The notes beneath the pieces were generated by a model. That model saw only the letters and a program-made list of their open reading frames with translations. It ran no database searches and had not been told where the DNA came from. A program made the translations under genes and the position numbers. 64,000 nt of DNA, taken from assembly GCA_965222115.1 (NCBI GenBank), contig CBDCTJ010000007.1, positions 2,592,001 through 2,656,000 on the forward strand, given 5' to 3'. Positions 38,968-47,114 of this stretch are shown one piece after another. The DNA comes from Planctomycetota bacterium. Its GTDB lineage: Bacteria > Planctomycetota > PLA2 > JAEUHO01. Positions within the stretch are counted from its first letter, which is position 1. Each line of letters starts with the position of its first letter.

Positions 38968-40986
38968 GTGCGACAGGCCAAGCCTGGACAAGGAGGAACT
39001 CATGACGTGACGAAACCTTGTGATGGAGCCCAACGGGTAACCAATCCCGTCCGGCCAAGCTGACCGAGCAGCCGGAAGCAAACCTAGCGCGCTCTGTGGG
39101 TAACTGCGGGGTGTGAAGCACTAGGCAAGCGTGTGTGCGGGCTGTGTGATTGAGCCTCGAAATTCTTATGACTGCGGTGGCCGACGATGTTCTTTGATCG
39201 GAAGGCACCATCGGAGACGAGCGTGTAGGTCTGCTCCCTCCGGCCCGCCGGGGTCTATGAGCAGGGCACGTACACAAAGGGGCTTCCCCAGGAACCTGTG
39301 AGATCCCATGCTGTCCTTCGAGAACTCGGCGCGGAAGGGCCGTAGACACTTCCAGCAATACGCAGCACGAGGCACACGCTTGTGTTGGGTGCGAAACAAG
39401 CGTGTGAAACGAAGGTACGGCGTCGCGAAGTCACCCGAGCGGCGCTGGACGCAGGTGGGAAGTCGGAGCGCTCCGTAGTACCGATGAACGGGGGGAACCT
39501 TTCACCAAGGGACCCTCGGGAGGGATGGGAGCGCCGCTATGTGTACTCCGTAGGAGGGAACCATGACAGAGATCCCAAGCTTTGATCCCGTGTTACCGAA
39601 ACTCCGACGGATCGCAATGCTTGCGAAGCAATCCCCGGAGATGGCGTTCACGTCGTTGAACTCCGCTCTGGACATGACGTTACTGCGTGAAGCGCATCGG
39701 CGAACGCGCAAAGGAGGCGCAACGGGCATAGATCGCCAGACGGCGCAGGATTACGCGAAGGACCTGGAGAGCAATCTCCAGAGCCTGCTAAACCGTGCCA
39801 AGTCCGGCGACCGTTACCGCGCACCTCCTGTGCGACGTGTGCATATTCCCAAGGACAAGCCCGGGGAGACTCGGCCCCTGGGGATACCGACGTTTGAGGA
39901 CAAGATCCTCCAACGCGCGGTGGCCATGATTCTGGAATCCATCTACGAACAGGACTTTGACTCCTGCTCGTACGGTTTCCGGCCTGGCCGCTCGGCACAC
40001 GATCTGTTGGCTGCACTTCGTAACTCGATGATGAACATGAACGGCGGGTGGGTGCTTGAAGCCGATATCCGCAAGTTCTTCGACAGCGTCGATCACGCGC
40101 AGCTAATGGACGTGCTTCGCAAGCGGGTGCGAGATGGTGTGATTTTGCGATTGATTGGCAAGTGGCTAAATGCAGGTGTCATGGAGGATGGCCGCGTGAG
40201 CTATCCCAAAGGAACTGGTACGCCGCAAGGCGGAGTGATCTCCCCCGTGTTGGCCAACATCTTCCTCCATGAAGTGTTGGACACCTGGTGGAAAGAAGAT
40301 GTCGCCCCTCGCATGAAGGGGGAGGCGCATCTCTTTCGTTACGCAGATGACTTCGTGATTGTATTCGCTCGTGAAGCGGATGCACGGCGTGTGATGGACG
40401 TCGTTCCAAAGCGCTTCGACAAGTACGGCCTTGCCATCCACCCAGATAAGACTCGCTTGGTGCGATTCAAACGCCCGCGGCACTACGACTCCGATCATGA
40501 TTCGGAAACGTTCGACCTGTTGGGCTTTACGCATCTATGGAGTCGATCCCGTAAGGGATACTGGGTGATTCGGCAGTTGACCGCACGAAGTCGGTATCGC
40601 CGCGGTCTGACGCGGATGTCCAAGTGGCTCCGCTCCGTCCGCCACCAACCTGTGCATTGGCAGCGTACAAAACTGGCACAAAAACTCCAGGGGCATTACG
40701 CCTACTACGGGGTGACTGGCAATACGCGTCGGCTGCACAACTTCCGGCGGGAAGCCATACGGCTTTGGAGGTACTGGCTGTGCCGCCGTTCACAGCGCGC
40801 CAAGATGCCATGGGATCGTTTCAACCGACTCCTACAGCATCACCCCATTCCACCATCACGTGTCACGCGCTCGATCTATCGCGCCACCTAATCGGCGACC
40901 CACATAGCGAGGAGCCGGATGCGGTAATCCCGCACGTCCGGATCTGTAGGGGGGCTGGGGAGGGAAACCTCCCCGGCCTACCCGAC
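38968..40986 (+). mobile_element. Complete group II intron (~2.0 kb)
   Basis: 5' GTGCGACAGG; domain V GAGCCGGATGCGGTAATCCCGCACGTCCGGATC (~40912-40945); domain VI with bulged A ending CTACCCGAC; EBS1 TCTTTG (39191-39196) complementary to exon CAAAGA (38962-38967); both ends supported by the empty allele at 11836/11837. Confidence 0.93.
39563..40891 (+). CDS. ltrA: Group II intron reverse transcriptase/maturase, no HNH endonuclease domain
   Basis: RRVHIPK..RPLGIP..DKILQ, SYGFRPGRS, DIRKFFD, GTPQGG.ISP.LANI.L, YADD, FDLLGF, domain X GHYAYY. Confidence 0.96.
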   Translation: MTEIPSFDPVLPKLRRIAMLAKQSPEMAFTSLNSALDMTLLREAHRRTRKGGATGIDRQTAQDYAKDLESNLQSLLNRAKSGDRYRAPPVRRVHIPKDKPGETRPLGIPTFEDKILQRAVAMILESIYEQDFDSCSYGFRPGRSAHDLLAALRNSMMNMNGGWVLEADIRKFFDSVDHAQLMDVLRKRVRDGVILRLIGKWLNAGVMEDGRVSYPKGTGTPQGGVISPVLANIFLHEVLDTWWKEDVAPRMKGEAHLFRYADDFVIVFAREADARRVMDVVPKRFDKYGLAIHPDKTRLVRFKRPRHYDSDHDSETFDLLGFTHLWSRSRKGYWVIRQLTARSRYRRGLTRMSKWLRSVRHQPVHWQRTKLAQKLQGHYAYYGVTGNTRRLHNFRREAIRLWRYWLCRRSQRAKMPWDRFNRLLQHHPIPPSRVTRSIYRAT

Positions 40987-41140
40987 AACGAAGCGCAATG
41001 CGTTGCGGGGAGATGTTTGAGAATGCGTGGAGATATTCGGAGGCGGAACTGGGCTTGGAGCGGGAGAAAGGTCTCACCAAGGACACCAAGCGCAGCCGTA
41101 GCTGAGAAATTCTCCTCCGAATGGAGATGAATGTTCCTGA

Positions 41141-41611
41141 TCACAAGGTGAGTTTCAGTCCTTCATGACTGGGCACGAATCCCAAGGATTGATAGAACGA
41201 GTGGGCTTCGGTGCGTTGCTTGTCGGTTGTGAGTTGGGCCAGCGCGCATCCTCGTTCGCGCGCCCTATGGAGCACGGTTGAAATCAACTGCCTCCCGTAA
41301 CCCGAACCGCGGTAGGCACGTGCCACACGAACGCCTTCGAACTGGAGTCGCTCCGAGGCGTATCGCGAGAGCCCAGGAATGTACGTGACTTGGGCCATTG
41401 CCACAATGTCGTCGCCGAGCACGCCCACAACGATTTCGTTTCGAGGATCTGCGCAAATCGCATGCATCGCTGCGATGTACTTGGGTCGATGCTCTGCCTC
41501 GACTCGCTCGCGGTGCGCCCCTAGCTCATCGTCTGCCAAAAGCCCTACGAGTGTGGGAACGTCTTCGACGGTACCTGACCGAAATCGAAGAATCGGGTCG
41601 CCGCTACTCAT
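41141..41611 (-). CDS. GNAT family N-acetyltransferase
   Basis: LLADD.LG..RE; EGVRV...RG.G.G; QLTTDKQR..AH.FY..LGF..SHEG. Confidence 0.9.
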   Translation of the reverse strand: MSSGDPILRFRSGTVEDVPTLVGLLADDELGAHRERVEAEHRPKYIAAMHAICADPRNEIVVGVLGDDIVAMAQVTYIPGLSRYASERLQFEGVRVARAYRGSGYGRQLISTVLHRARERGCALAQLTTDKQRTEAHSFYQSLGFVPSHEGLKLTL

Positions 41612-41752
41612 CGGATGCTCCTGGATACACATTTGACGATGCCTAGTCTATTTGTAGAAATTCCAGGCGAATATCGGGCGCCTATTCACGAAATTCGGCG
41701 TCGTGAAACTCGCATTTGGTGCCAGGCCTAGAGTCGCAGAATTCGTGTTCTA

Positions 41753-41933
41753 TTCGTTACCCGTTACCCGAATCCCGTCACCCGGACTCAAGTGTGATCG
41801 CTCAATGATCGATTCGCGCCGGTTCGTGGACGTGGACGTGGACGTGGACGTGGACGTGGACGTGGACGTGGACGTGGACGTGGACGTGGACGTGGACGTG
41901 GACGTGGACGTGGACGTGGACGTGGACGTGGAC
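41753..41933 (+). repeat. Family A copy 2: CCCG heptamers + linker + perfect (GTGGAC)18, ending 2 nt from the four-helix-bundle stop codon
   Basis: CCCGTTA CCCGAAT CCCGTCA CCCGGACTCA; tract 41826-41933. Confidence 0.92.
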
Positions 41934-41935
41934 GA

Positions 41936-42310
41936 TCAAGGCTCGTCGAACCTTCGTTGAAGCACGAACAACATAGCGGCGGATCGCTCTAGTATGTTCA
42001 TGACACCTGAGATTGCGGCCTCGCTGGAGAGTCCGAGTAGTAGAGCCTGATGTAGAGCGGCAATGGCCTCGGTGCGTTCGGCGTGTGCGATGTCGTACGC
42101 TTTGCGTTTCTCGGCTGGCCGTCGTTTCGAGAGTCCTTCGGCGACGTTTAGGGCAACGCTGACACTTGCGCGCCTGAGCTGATCTGCGAGCTTTGCGTGG
42201 CCCCGAGGCCATGCCGCGCAGGTTGCTACGCACTCGACTGCCGCGGCCTGCGAAGCACGGTAGACATCGAAGCGTTTGAGGTACTCGAGCGTGGAAGTCG
42301 CGCTTGTCAT
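41936..42310 (-). CDS. Four helix bundle protein (23S rRNA intervening-sequence protein / Avd-like fold)
   Basis: 124 aa; FDVY..S, LADQLRRASVSVALNVAEG..R, IA..E..E..AAL signature; GGAG RBS before ATG 42310. Confidence 0.88.
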   Translation of the reverse strand: MTSATSTLEYLKRFDVYRASQAAAVECVATCAAWPRGHAKLADQLRRASVSVALNVAEGLSKRRPAEKRKAYDIAHAERTEAIAALHQALLLGLSSEAAISGVMNILERSAAMLFVLQRRFDEP

Positions 42311-42510
42311 GATGGAACTCCGGCGTGAAAGGAGCGCAAGCCGTTTGCTCGCGTGTGCCCTTCGCAAAAGAGCCGAAGGCGAAGGAGGGCGCACGCGAGC
42401 GGACCGTACGAACAAGGTCCCGCGTGGACTCGGCAACCCGTTCCATGCTGGAGTTCCATCACAAGCGGCGCCCGCGCGTACCGGTCGCGCATGAGTTACC
42501 GATGGCCTGC

Positions 42511-42740
42511 CCCGAATCCGTCACCCGTTACCCGAATCCCGTCACCCGGACTCAAGAGTGAGCGTCCGATAATCGATTCACGCAGGCTCGTGGACGTGGA
42601 CGTGGACGTGGACGTGGACGTGGACGTGGACGTGGACGTGGACGTGGACGTCAAGAGCAAATGGCCTTGCCATTTGCGCAAAGACCCTGAGTAAGCACCA
42701 GCGGATCTTTGATCCGCGCGGTGCGCATCGAAGGGTGGTC
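42511..42740 (+). repeat. Family A copy 3 (full): heptamers + (GTGGAC)10 + hairpin core
   Basis: Tract 42590-42649; core GCAAATGGC-CTT-GCCATTTGC..GACCCTGAGTAAGCACCAGCGGATC-TTT-GATCCGC..GAAGGGTGGTC. Confidence 0.92.
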
Positions 42741-42795
42741 GTCGTAGGCCAAGGGCGCGAATCGGTGCCAGGAGCGAACGTGTGGAAGGGGTGAG

Positions 42796-43218
42796 CTACT
42801 CGCGCCGTACGTACTTCTGCAGCTCTTCCACATGCTCCTGCTCTTCGCGCACCATGCCGCGTGCGTACTCTTCAAGGGCGACTTCGTTCTCGGGAATGAG
42901 TTTGAGGAGCGCAAGGTAGCCATCAACGGCGGCCTTCTCTGCTTCGAGGTTGGACTCAAGCATTTCCTGGACATTGAGGCTCTTTGTTTCCCAGGCCTTT
43001 TGGGCCTCAATATTGGGCTGACTGCCAAGCGAAACGATCTTCTCGCCAAGTTGAATGGCGTGCTGCAGGCTCTCTTGCGCATTCGCCCGCAGGTAGTTGA
43101 CGATGGGTTCACGGCCCCAACCGAAGACCATGAAGCTGTGGTGGAGGTAGCGATTGACGCCTTCCATTTCCATGGCGAGCAGACGATTGAGCTGATCGAT
43201 GAGCGCTTGATTTTGCAC
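42796..43218 (-). CDS. bfr: Bacterioferritin / ferritin-like protein
   Basis: GTG start after GGAGG; LN.LLA.E...RY..H, ES..HA..L.EKI..LG..P, E..AV..Y, EEQEH ferroxidase pattern. Confidence 0.85.
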   Translation of the reverse strand: MQNQALIDQLNRLLAMEMEGVNRYLHHSFMVFGWGREPIVNYLRANAQESLQHAIQLGEKIVSLGSQPNIEAQKAWETKSLNVQEMLESNLEAEKAAVDGYLALLKLIPENEVALEEYARGMVREEQEHVEELQKYVRRE

Positions 43219-43286
43219 GGGGCCTCCGAAGGTCAGGGTCAGCCGCAGAGGGTAGCCCGAGTCGTGGCTGAGGCTACGATCCTCCC

Positions 43287-43847
43287 GTGGGAACATTTCG
43301 CCGCTACACCACCGAGGAATTGATCGCGAGCCGACCCACGATGGGGGAACGGGAACGTACGCGTCTGCCCACCATTTTGCTGCTCGACGACATTCGATCG
43401 GCCAGCAACGTGGGCTTGATTTTCCGCCTCTGCGATTGCCTGAACATCGCCGAATTGTGGTTGGGGGGCATCTCGCCGTATCCCGGCGTATCGGACCGTG
43501 CCATGGCCCGCATGGAGAAAACGGGTGTGGGGGGGAGTCTCGAATCGGTTCCTTGGCGCCATGTGCCCGATGCATTCGAAGCCGTTCGCGCCAGAAGGGC
43601 AGATGGCTGGCGCGTGATTGCCGTCGAGCAGGGAGTGCCGTCAATCAGCTTGAAGGAATGCGACTTCGGCGAGCGCGCCATAATCGTCTTGGGCCACGAA
43701 CGTGCGGGCATTCGCGACAGCATTCTGGGTATCGCAGACCAGGTCGTGTCGCTACCGATCTATGGCGTCACCAACAGCCTAAACGTCGCTACCTGCGCCG
43801 CCGTCGTGCTCTACCACGCCGACACCAAGCTCACCCGCCCCTCCTGA
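43287..43847 (+). CDS. TrmH/SpoU family RNA 2'-O-methyltransferase
   Basis: LDDIRSASNVG.IFR, IVLGHE..GI, LPIYG..NSLNVAT. Confidence 0.9.
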   Translation: MGTFRRYTTEELIASRPTMGERERTRLPTILLLDDIRSASNVGLIFRLCDCLNIAELWLGGISPYPGVSDRAMARMEKTGVGGSLESVPWRHVPDAFEAVRARRADGWRVIAVEQGVPSISLKECDFGERAIIVLGHERAGIRDSILGIADQVVSLPIYGVTNSLNVATCAAVVLYHADTKLTRPS

Positions 43848-43898
43848 TGTCTGGCGCGCCACAAAAGCCTGGCTTTTGCGGCGCACACGATCTCGCCG

Positions 43899-45698
43899 TT
43901 AGCGTCTGGGCGGGCGGATGACTAGAGGTGTGTTCTTACCAGCCCGTACCGTCGCCGAGGCGGTCCCAAGGCTCGTTCCGCCCAGTTCGACATTGAATGT
44001 GTACTTGCCTGGCGGAAAGGGTCCCAACAGGGTGCCAGTAGCGACGTGAACCCTAGGGCTGACATCAGAGACGGAGATAGGTGCCATTGTGTCGCCGTCA
44101 TTCTCTTGTTCGGCCCAGGGGATGAGTCCTCGGTCGCTTGCGGTGAGCCACAGTGTGCCGATTGACTGCGGCACGACCGCTTCAGGTACGACGATCAAGA
44201 ATCCAGCCGGTGCGAGCGTGAGTCGCGTCGTTTCGTCTTTTGCTACGGTAGATGTTCGGACGGCTTGAAATTCATTCGTCGGGTATTTGCGACCGCCTTT
44301 TGTGAGATACGCATACAGGTGTCGAATCGTGTTGTCGCTTGTCTTGATGCGCCAGGCGCTAGCACTCATCGGTTTGACGTCGAACGAATCGACCCACGAG
44401 TTTCGCTCGCCATCCACGATCTGTGCGTACACGTCCAACGACGTTTCGCGTGCATCGACGTTTTTCGCAGCGAATTCAACCGTGGTGGTGGGGGGGCTGG
44501 GTTTGTTGTTGCGCTTGTGTCTAGTACCGCGCGCGGCCTTCTTCCATGGCGGGGTCCCCTCTATGCGCACGGCGACCTCGGTTGATTCACCGGGGCGCAC
44601 CTCAAGCTTCGATTCGCCGTGAATCGTCCAGTACTTGCCGCATCGCAACGTCCATGTACCCGGTCGCACGACTGCGCGACGTAGCGAATTGGAGCGAGTC
44701 AGATTCTTGCGACCCTTCAAGGCGGGGTTGGTAATCCAAAGTGTGGGCACATGCGGCGATTCGTTGGTGACGTTTACTACGATGCGTCCAAGTCGAACGA
44801 TGGGTACCGTGATCGTCTCGCCTGCGTGTACATGATGAGTGTGTCGCATCGGCTTGAATAGCGCTGGAAACGTGTCGGATGTTTCTGCGCGATGTAGTAG
44901 ATGGCTAGGCGATGTTACGGCGAGTCGATACGTACGATCGACGGCCAAATTTGAAATGGTGCCTATAGGTCCACGGATCTTCGTACCACTACTGGCATTG
45001 TGGAGAAGTTTGTTGCTCAACGAGTTAGCATTCTTCTTGCGCTGCTCGTATGCGTTGGCCTGCAGAATCGAATCCGAAAGGTCGATCGGTCCTCCTTGTG
45101 CGTTCTTCAACTCGATGCGGATCTCGCCGGTCTTCGGCAGATGAAGATCAACGGTGGGCGTCGATCCCGAAGTCACATGCACGCTCTCGGCGAGGTCGCC
45201 GCCCGACGATTGGCGGATCCCTATGTGCCACCACCCGGCTTTGGGCAGCGCCAAGACAGTGTCATGTTCACCTCGCCACGACTTTCGAACTCCACGAGGG
45301 TCATCATCGGCCAACGCGCGCTCGTCAGCGGGCACCGCGAAGAGGGATCCGACCGGCTTCCTCTTGGTTGCTCTCGGAACTCCGTGCACACGAACACGAA
45401 CGCGAGCAGCTATCCAGGGAGATGCTTCAGCGCCACGAAGTTCTTGATTCGCCGGATTTTCGCCCTGGACGTCGGCTCGATCTAGATCCGTAGATGAAGG
45501 TGCGTCGACTAACGGTGTGCGACCTGAAAGTGTCCCCGTCGACAATGTGTTTACAGGCGACAACGTGTTTACAGGCGACAACGACTGAGCGGCGTCCTCT
45601 TTAGAGTCACCAACATCCGGCTGTGGTGTGCCCACGAGAATCCACGTCACCAGCATGGCAGCGAGCGCCACAAGCATCGTAATCAGCCACGATCGCAT
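43899..45698 (-). CDS. Hypothetical membrane-anchored protein with beta-sandwich (carboxypeptidase-regulatory-like) modules
   Basis: N-terminal TM helix; PG.W/Y..V..GE.T.V repeats; LSPVNT x2 duplication. Confidence 0.6.
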   Translation of the reverse strand: MRSWLITMLVALAAMLVTWILVGTPQPDVGDSKEDAAQSLSPVNTLSPVNTLSTGTLSGRTPLVDAPSSTDLDRADVQGENPANQELRGAEASPWIAARVRVRVHGVPRATKRKPVGSLFAVPADERALADDDPRGVRKSWRGEHDTVLALPKAGWWHIGIRQSSGGDLAESVHVTSGSTPTVDLHLPKTGEIRIELKNAQGGPIDLSDSILQANAYEQRKKNANSLSNKLLHNASSGTKIRGPIGTISNLAVDRTYRLAVTSPSHLLHRAETSDTFPALFKPMRHTHHVHAGETITVPIVRLGRIVVNVTNESPHVPTLWITNPALKGRKNLTRSNSLRRAVVRPGTWTLRCGKYWTIHGESKLEVRPGESTEVAVRIEGTPPWKKAARGTRHKRNNKPSPPTTTVEFAAKNVDARETSLDVYAQIVDGERNSWVDSFDVKPMSASAWRIKTSDNTIRHLYAYLTKGGRKYPTNEFQAVRTSTVAKDETTRLTLAPAGFLIVVPEAVVPQSIGTLWLTASDRGLIPWAEQENDGDTMAPISVSDVSPRVHVATGTLLGPFPPGKYTFNVELGGTSLGTASATVRAGKNTPLVIRPPRR

Positions 45699-45737
45699 GC
45701 ACCCAGCATACGCCACCTGTAGAGATACGTTCCAGTG

Positions 45738-47030
45738 CTATCTGAGAAGCCACTCGGTGGCTTCCGCGGCGGTCCCCACCTTCGCCGTTTCACCGTCATG
45801 CATACGCTTGATGTGTGCGCCGTCGTCTTCGTTTAGCGTAATGACATAGGCGACACTCTTGCGATCGGCGTGACGCATCTGTTGGCCGTGCTTCTTGCGG
45901 GTGGGGAACACTTCCGTGGCGAATCCCGCGTCGCGGAGATTCTCCGCCCACGTAAAGGCCGCGCCAATCCCCTGGTGTTCGGGAAATGCGATCATGACAT
46001 CGACAACGCCTTGCGTGTCCTCGCCCTCTTCGATGGCTTCCAACGCGTCGAGCAAACGCGTTACACCGATGGAGCAACCCACGCCGGGGAAGTCGGTCTT
46101 CGTATAGAGCCGCGCGAGATTGTCGTAGCGACCGCCGGATCCCACACTGCCAATGTCGGGCAACGACTGGTGTTGCGCTTCCAGGACGATGCCTGTGTAG
46201 TAATCGAGCCCTCGTGCAATCATTGGATCGATGCGAATCGACGACTCAGGCTTGCCGGTTGAACGCACCAAGGCACGCACCTCGCGAAGTGCGTCTACGG
46301 CCTTCTTACCGTCGTCGTCTACCGCCGCCTCGAGTGCCGCCAATGTGGATTCATCGTTGTCTTCAGGCGTACTCGCTTCGAGCAGTTCGGATGCCTGTGC
46401 GGCGGAAAGTCCCGCTTCCTCGAGTTCGCCCAGCACGACATCGCGGCCGCGTTTTTCAAACTTATCAATGGCCCGTAGCACGCTCGGCCCACTGTCGGAC
46501 ACGCCGAATCGCGCCAGCATGGCGTTGAGAATGCGCCGATCGTTCACACGAATGGTGATGGGGCCTGCATCGATGCGTTCATACGCGGTGAGCATAAGGA
46601 TCAAGATTTCGGCGTCGGGCAATACACCGGTGGCACCCACAATGTCGGCATCGCACTGCAGAAACTCGCGCGCGCGCCCTCGTTGGGGACGTTCGCCACG
46701 CCAGCACAAGCCCACATGCGACCGGCGAAACGGCACGGGCAACTCACCCTGGTGTTGGGCGATGAATCGTGCGAGCGGAACCGTTAAATCAAAGCGCATG
46801 GCCACTTGGCGTCCGCCCTTGTTGGTGAACTCAAACAGTTCGCGATCGCTGTCTTCGCCCCCCTTGCCTTTGAGGATCTCGGCCAACTCCAGCACGGGTG
46901 TTTCGATGGGTGCGTAGCCGTATGCGATGAACACGTCTTGAAGTGTTCGCACCATTTTCAGTTGACGATGCGCACGGTTTGGCAATAAATCGCGAAAGCC
47001 TTTGAGTGTGCGCGGTTGAATGATGGACAT
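45738..47030 (-). CDS. hisS: Histidine--tRNA ligase
   Basis: KGFRDLLP, RFDLTVPLAR, WRGERPQRGR.REF.QCDADI, RGLDYYTG, GGRYDNL. Confidence 0.96.
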   Translation of the reverse strand: MSIIQPRTLKGFRDLLPNRAHRQLKMVRTLQDVFIAYGYAPIETPVLELAEILKGKGGEDSDRELFEFTNKGGRQVAMRFDLTVPLARFIAQHQGELPVPFRRSHVGLCWRGERPQRGRAREFLQCDADIVGATGVLPDAEILILMLTAYERIDAGPITIRVNDRRILNAMLARFGVSDSGPSVLRAIDKFEKRGRDVVLGELEEAGLSAAQASELLEASTPEDNDESTLAALEAAVDDDGKKAVDALREVRALVRSTGKPESSIRIDPMIARGLDYYTGIVLEAQHQSLPDIGSVGSGGRYDNLARLYTKTDFPGVGCSIGVTRLLDALEAIEEGEDTQGVVDVMIAFPEHQGIGAAFTWAENLRDAGFATEVFPTRKKHGQQMRHADRKSVAYVITLNEDDGAHIKRMHDGETAKVGTAAEATEWLLR

Positions 47031-47114
47031 GGCGAATTCCTAGACGCTTCATGCGTACTCCACAGAGATTACGAGACGCTAGGATTCGAGCGCAGGTTTC
47101 CTTGCGGCCTGAAT

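Noticed and set aside
39563-42310. Diversity-generating retroelement (RT plus Avd-like gene) or retron
   Set aside because: The RT has YADD and a maturase domain X and lies within canonical group II intron ends. No TR/VR pair with adenine-specific mismatches was seen, and no msr/msd. Proximity to the four-helix-bundle gene may be coincidental.
41826-42649. GTGGAC arrays as CRISPR
   Set aside because: Contiguous 6 nt microsatellite with no spacers, and no cas genes in the window.
41703-42694. ORFs with VDVDVD / VHVHVH / STSTST / WTWTWT runs (also 62450-63023)
   Set aside because: These are translations of the hexamer tract, which is stop-free in all frames; no other coding evidence.
42796-43644. 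Long N-terminal extensions in the ORF track (bfr to 43644; also iscS to 59831, iscA from 59376, oxygenase from 53626, lipoprotein to 11061)
   Set aside because: They overlap divergent genes or the riboswitch leader; internal starts with RBS or matching family N-termini fit better.
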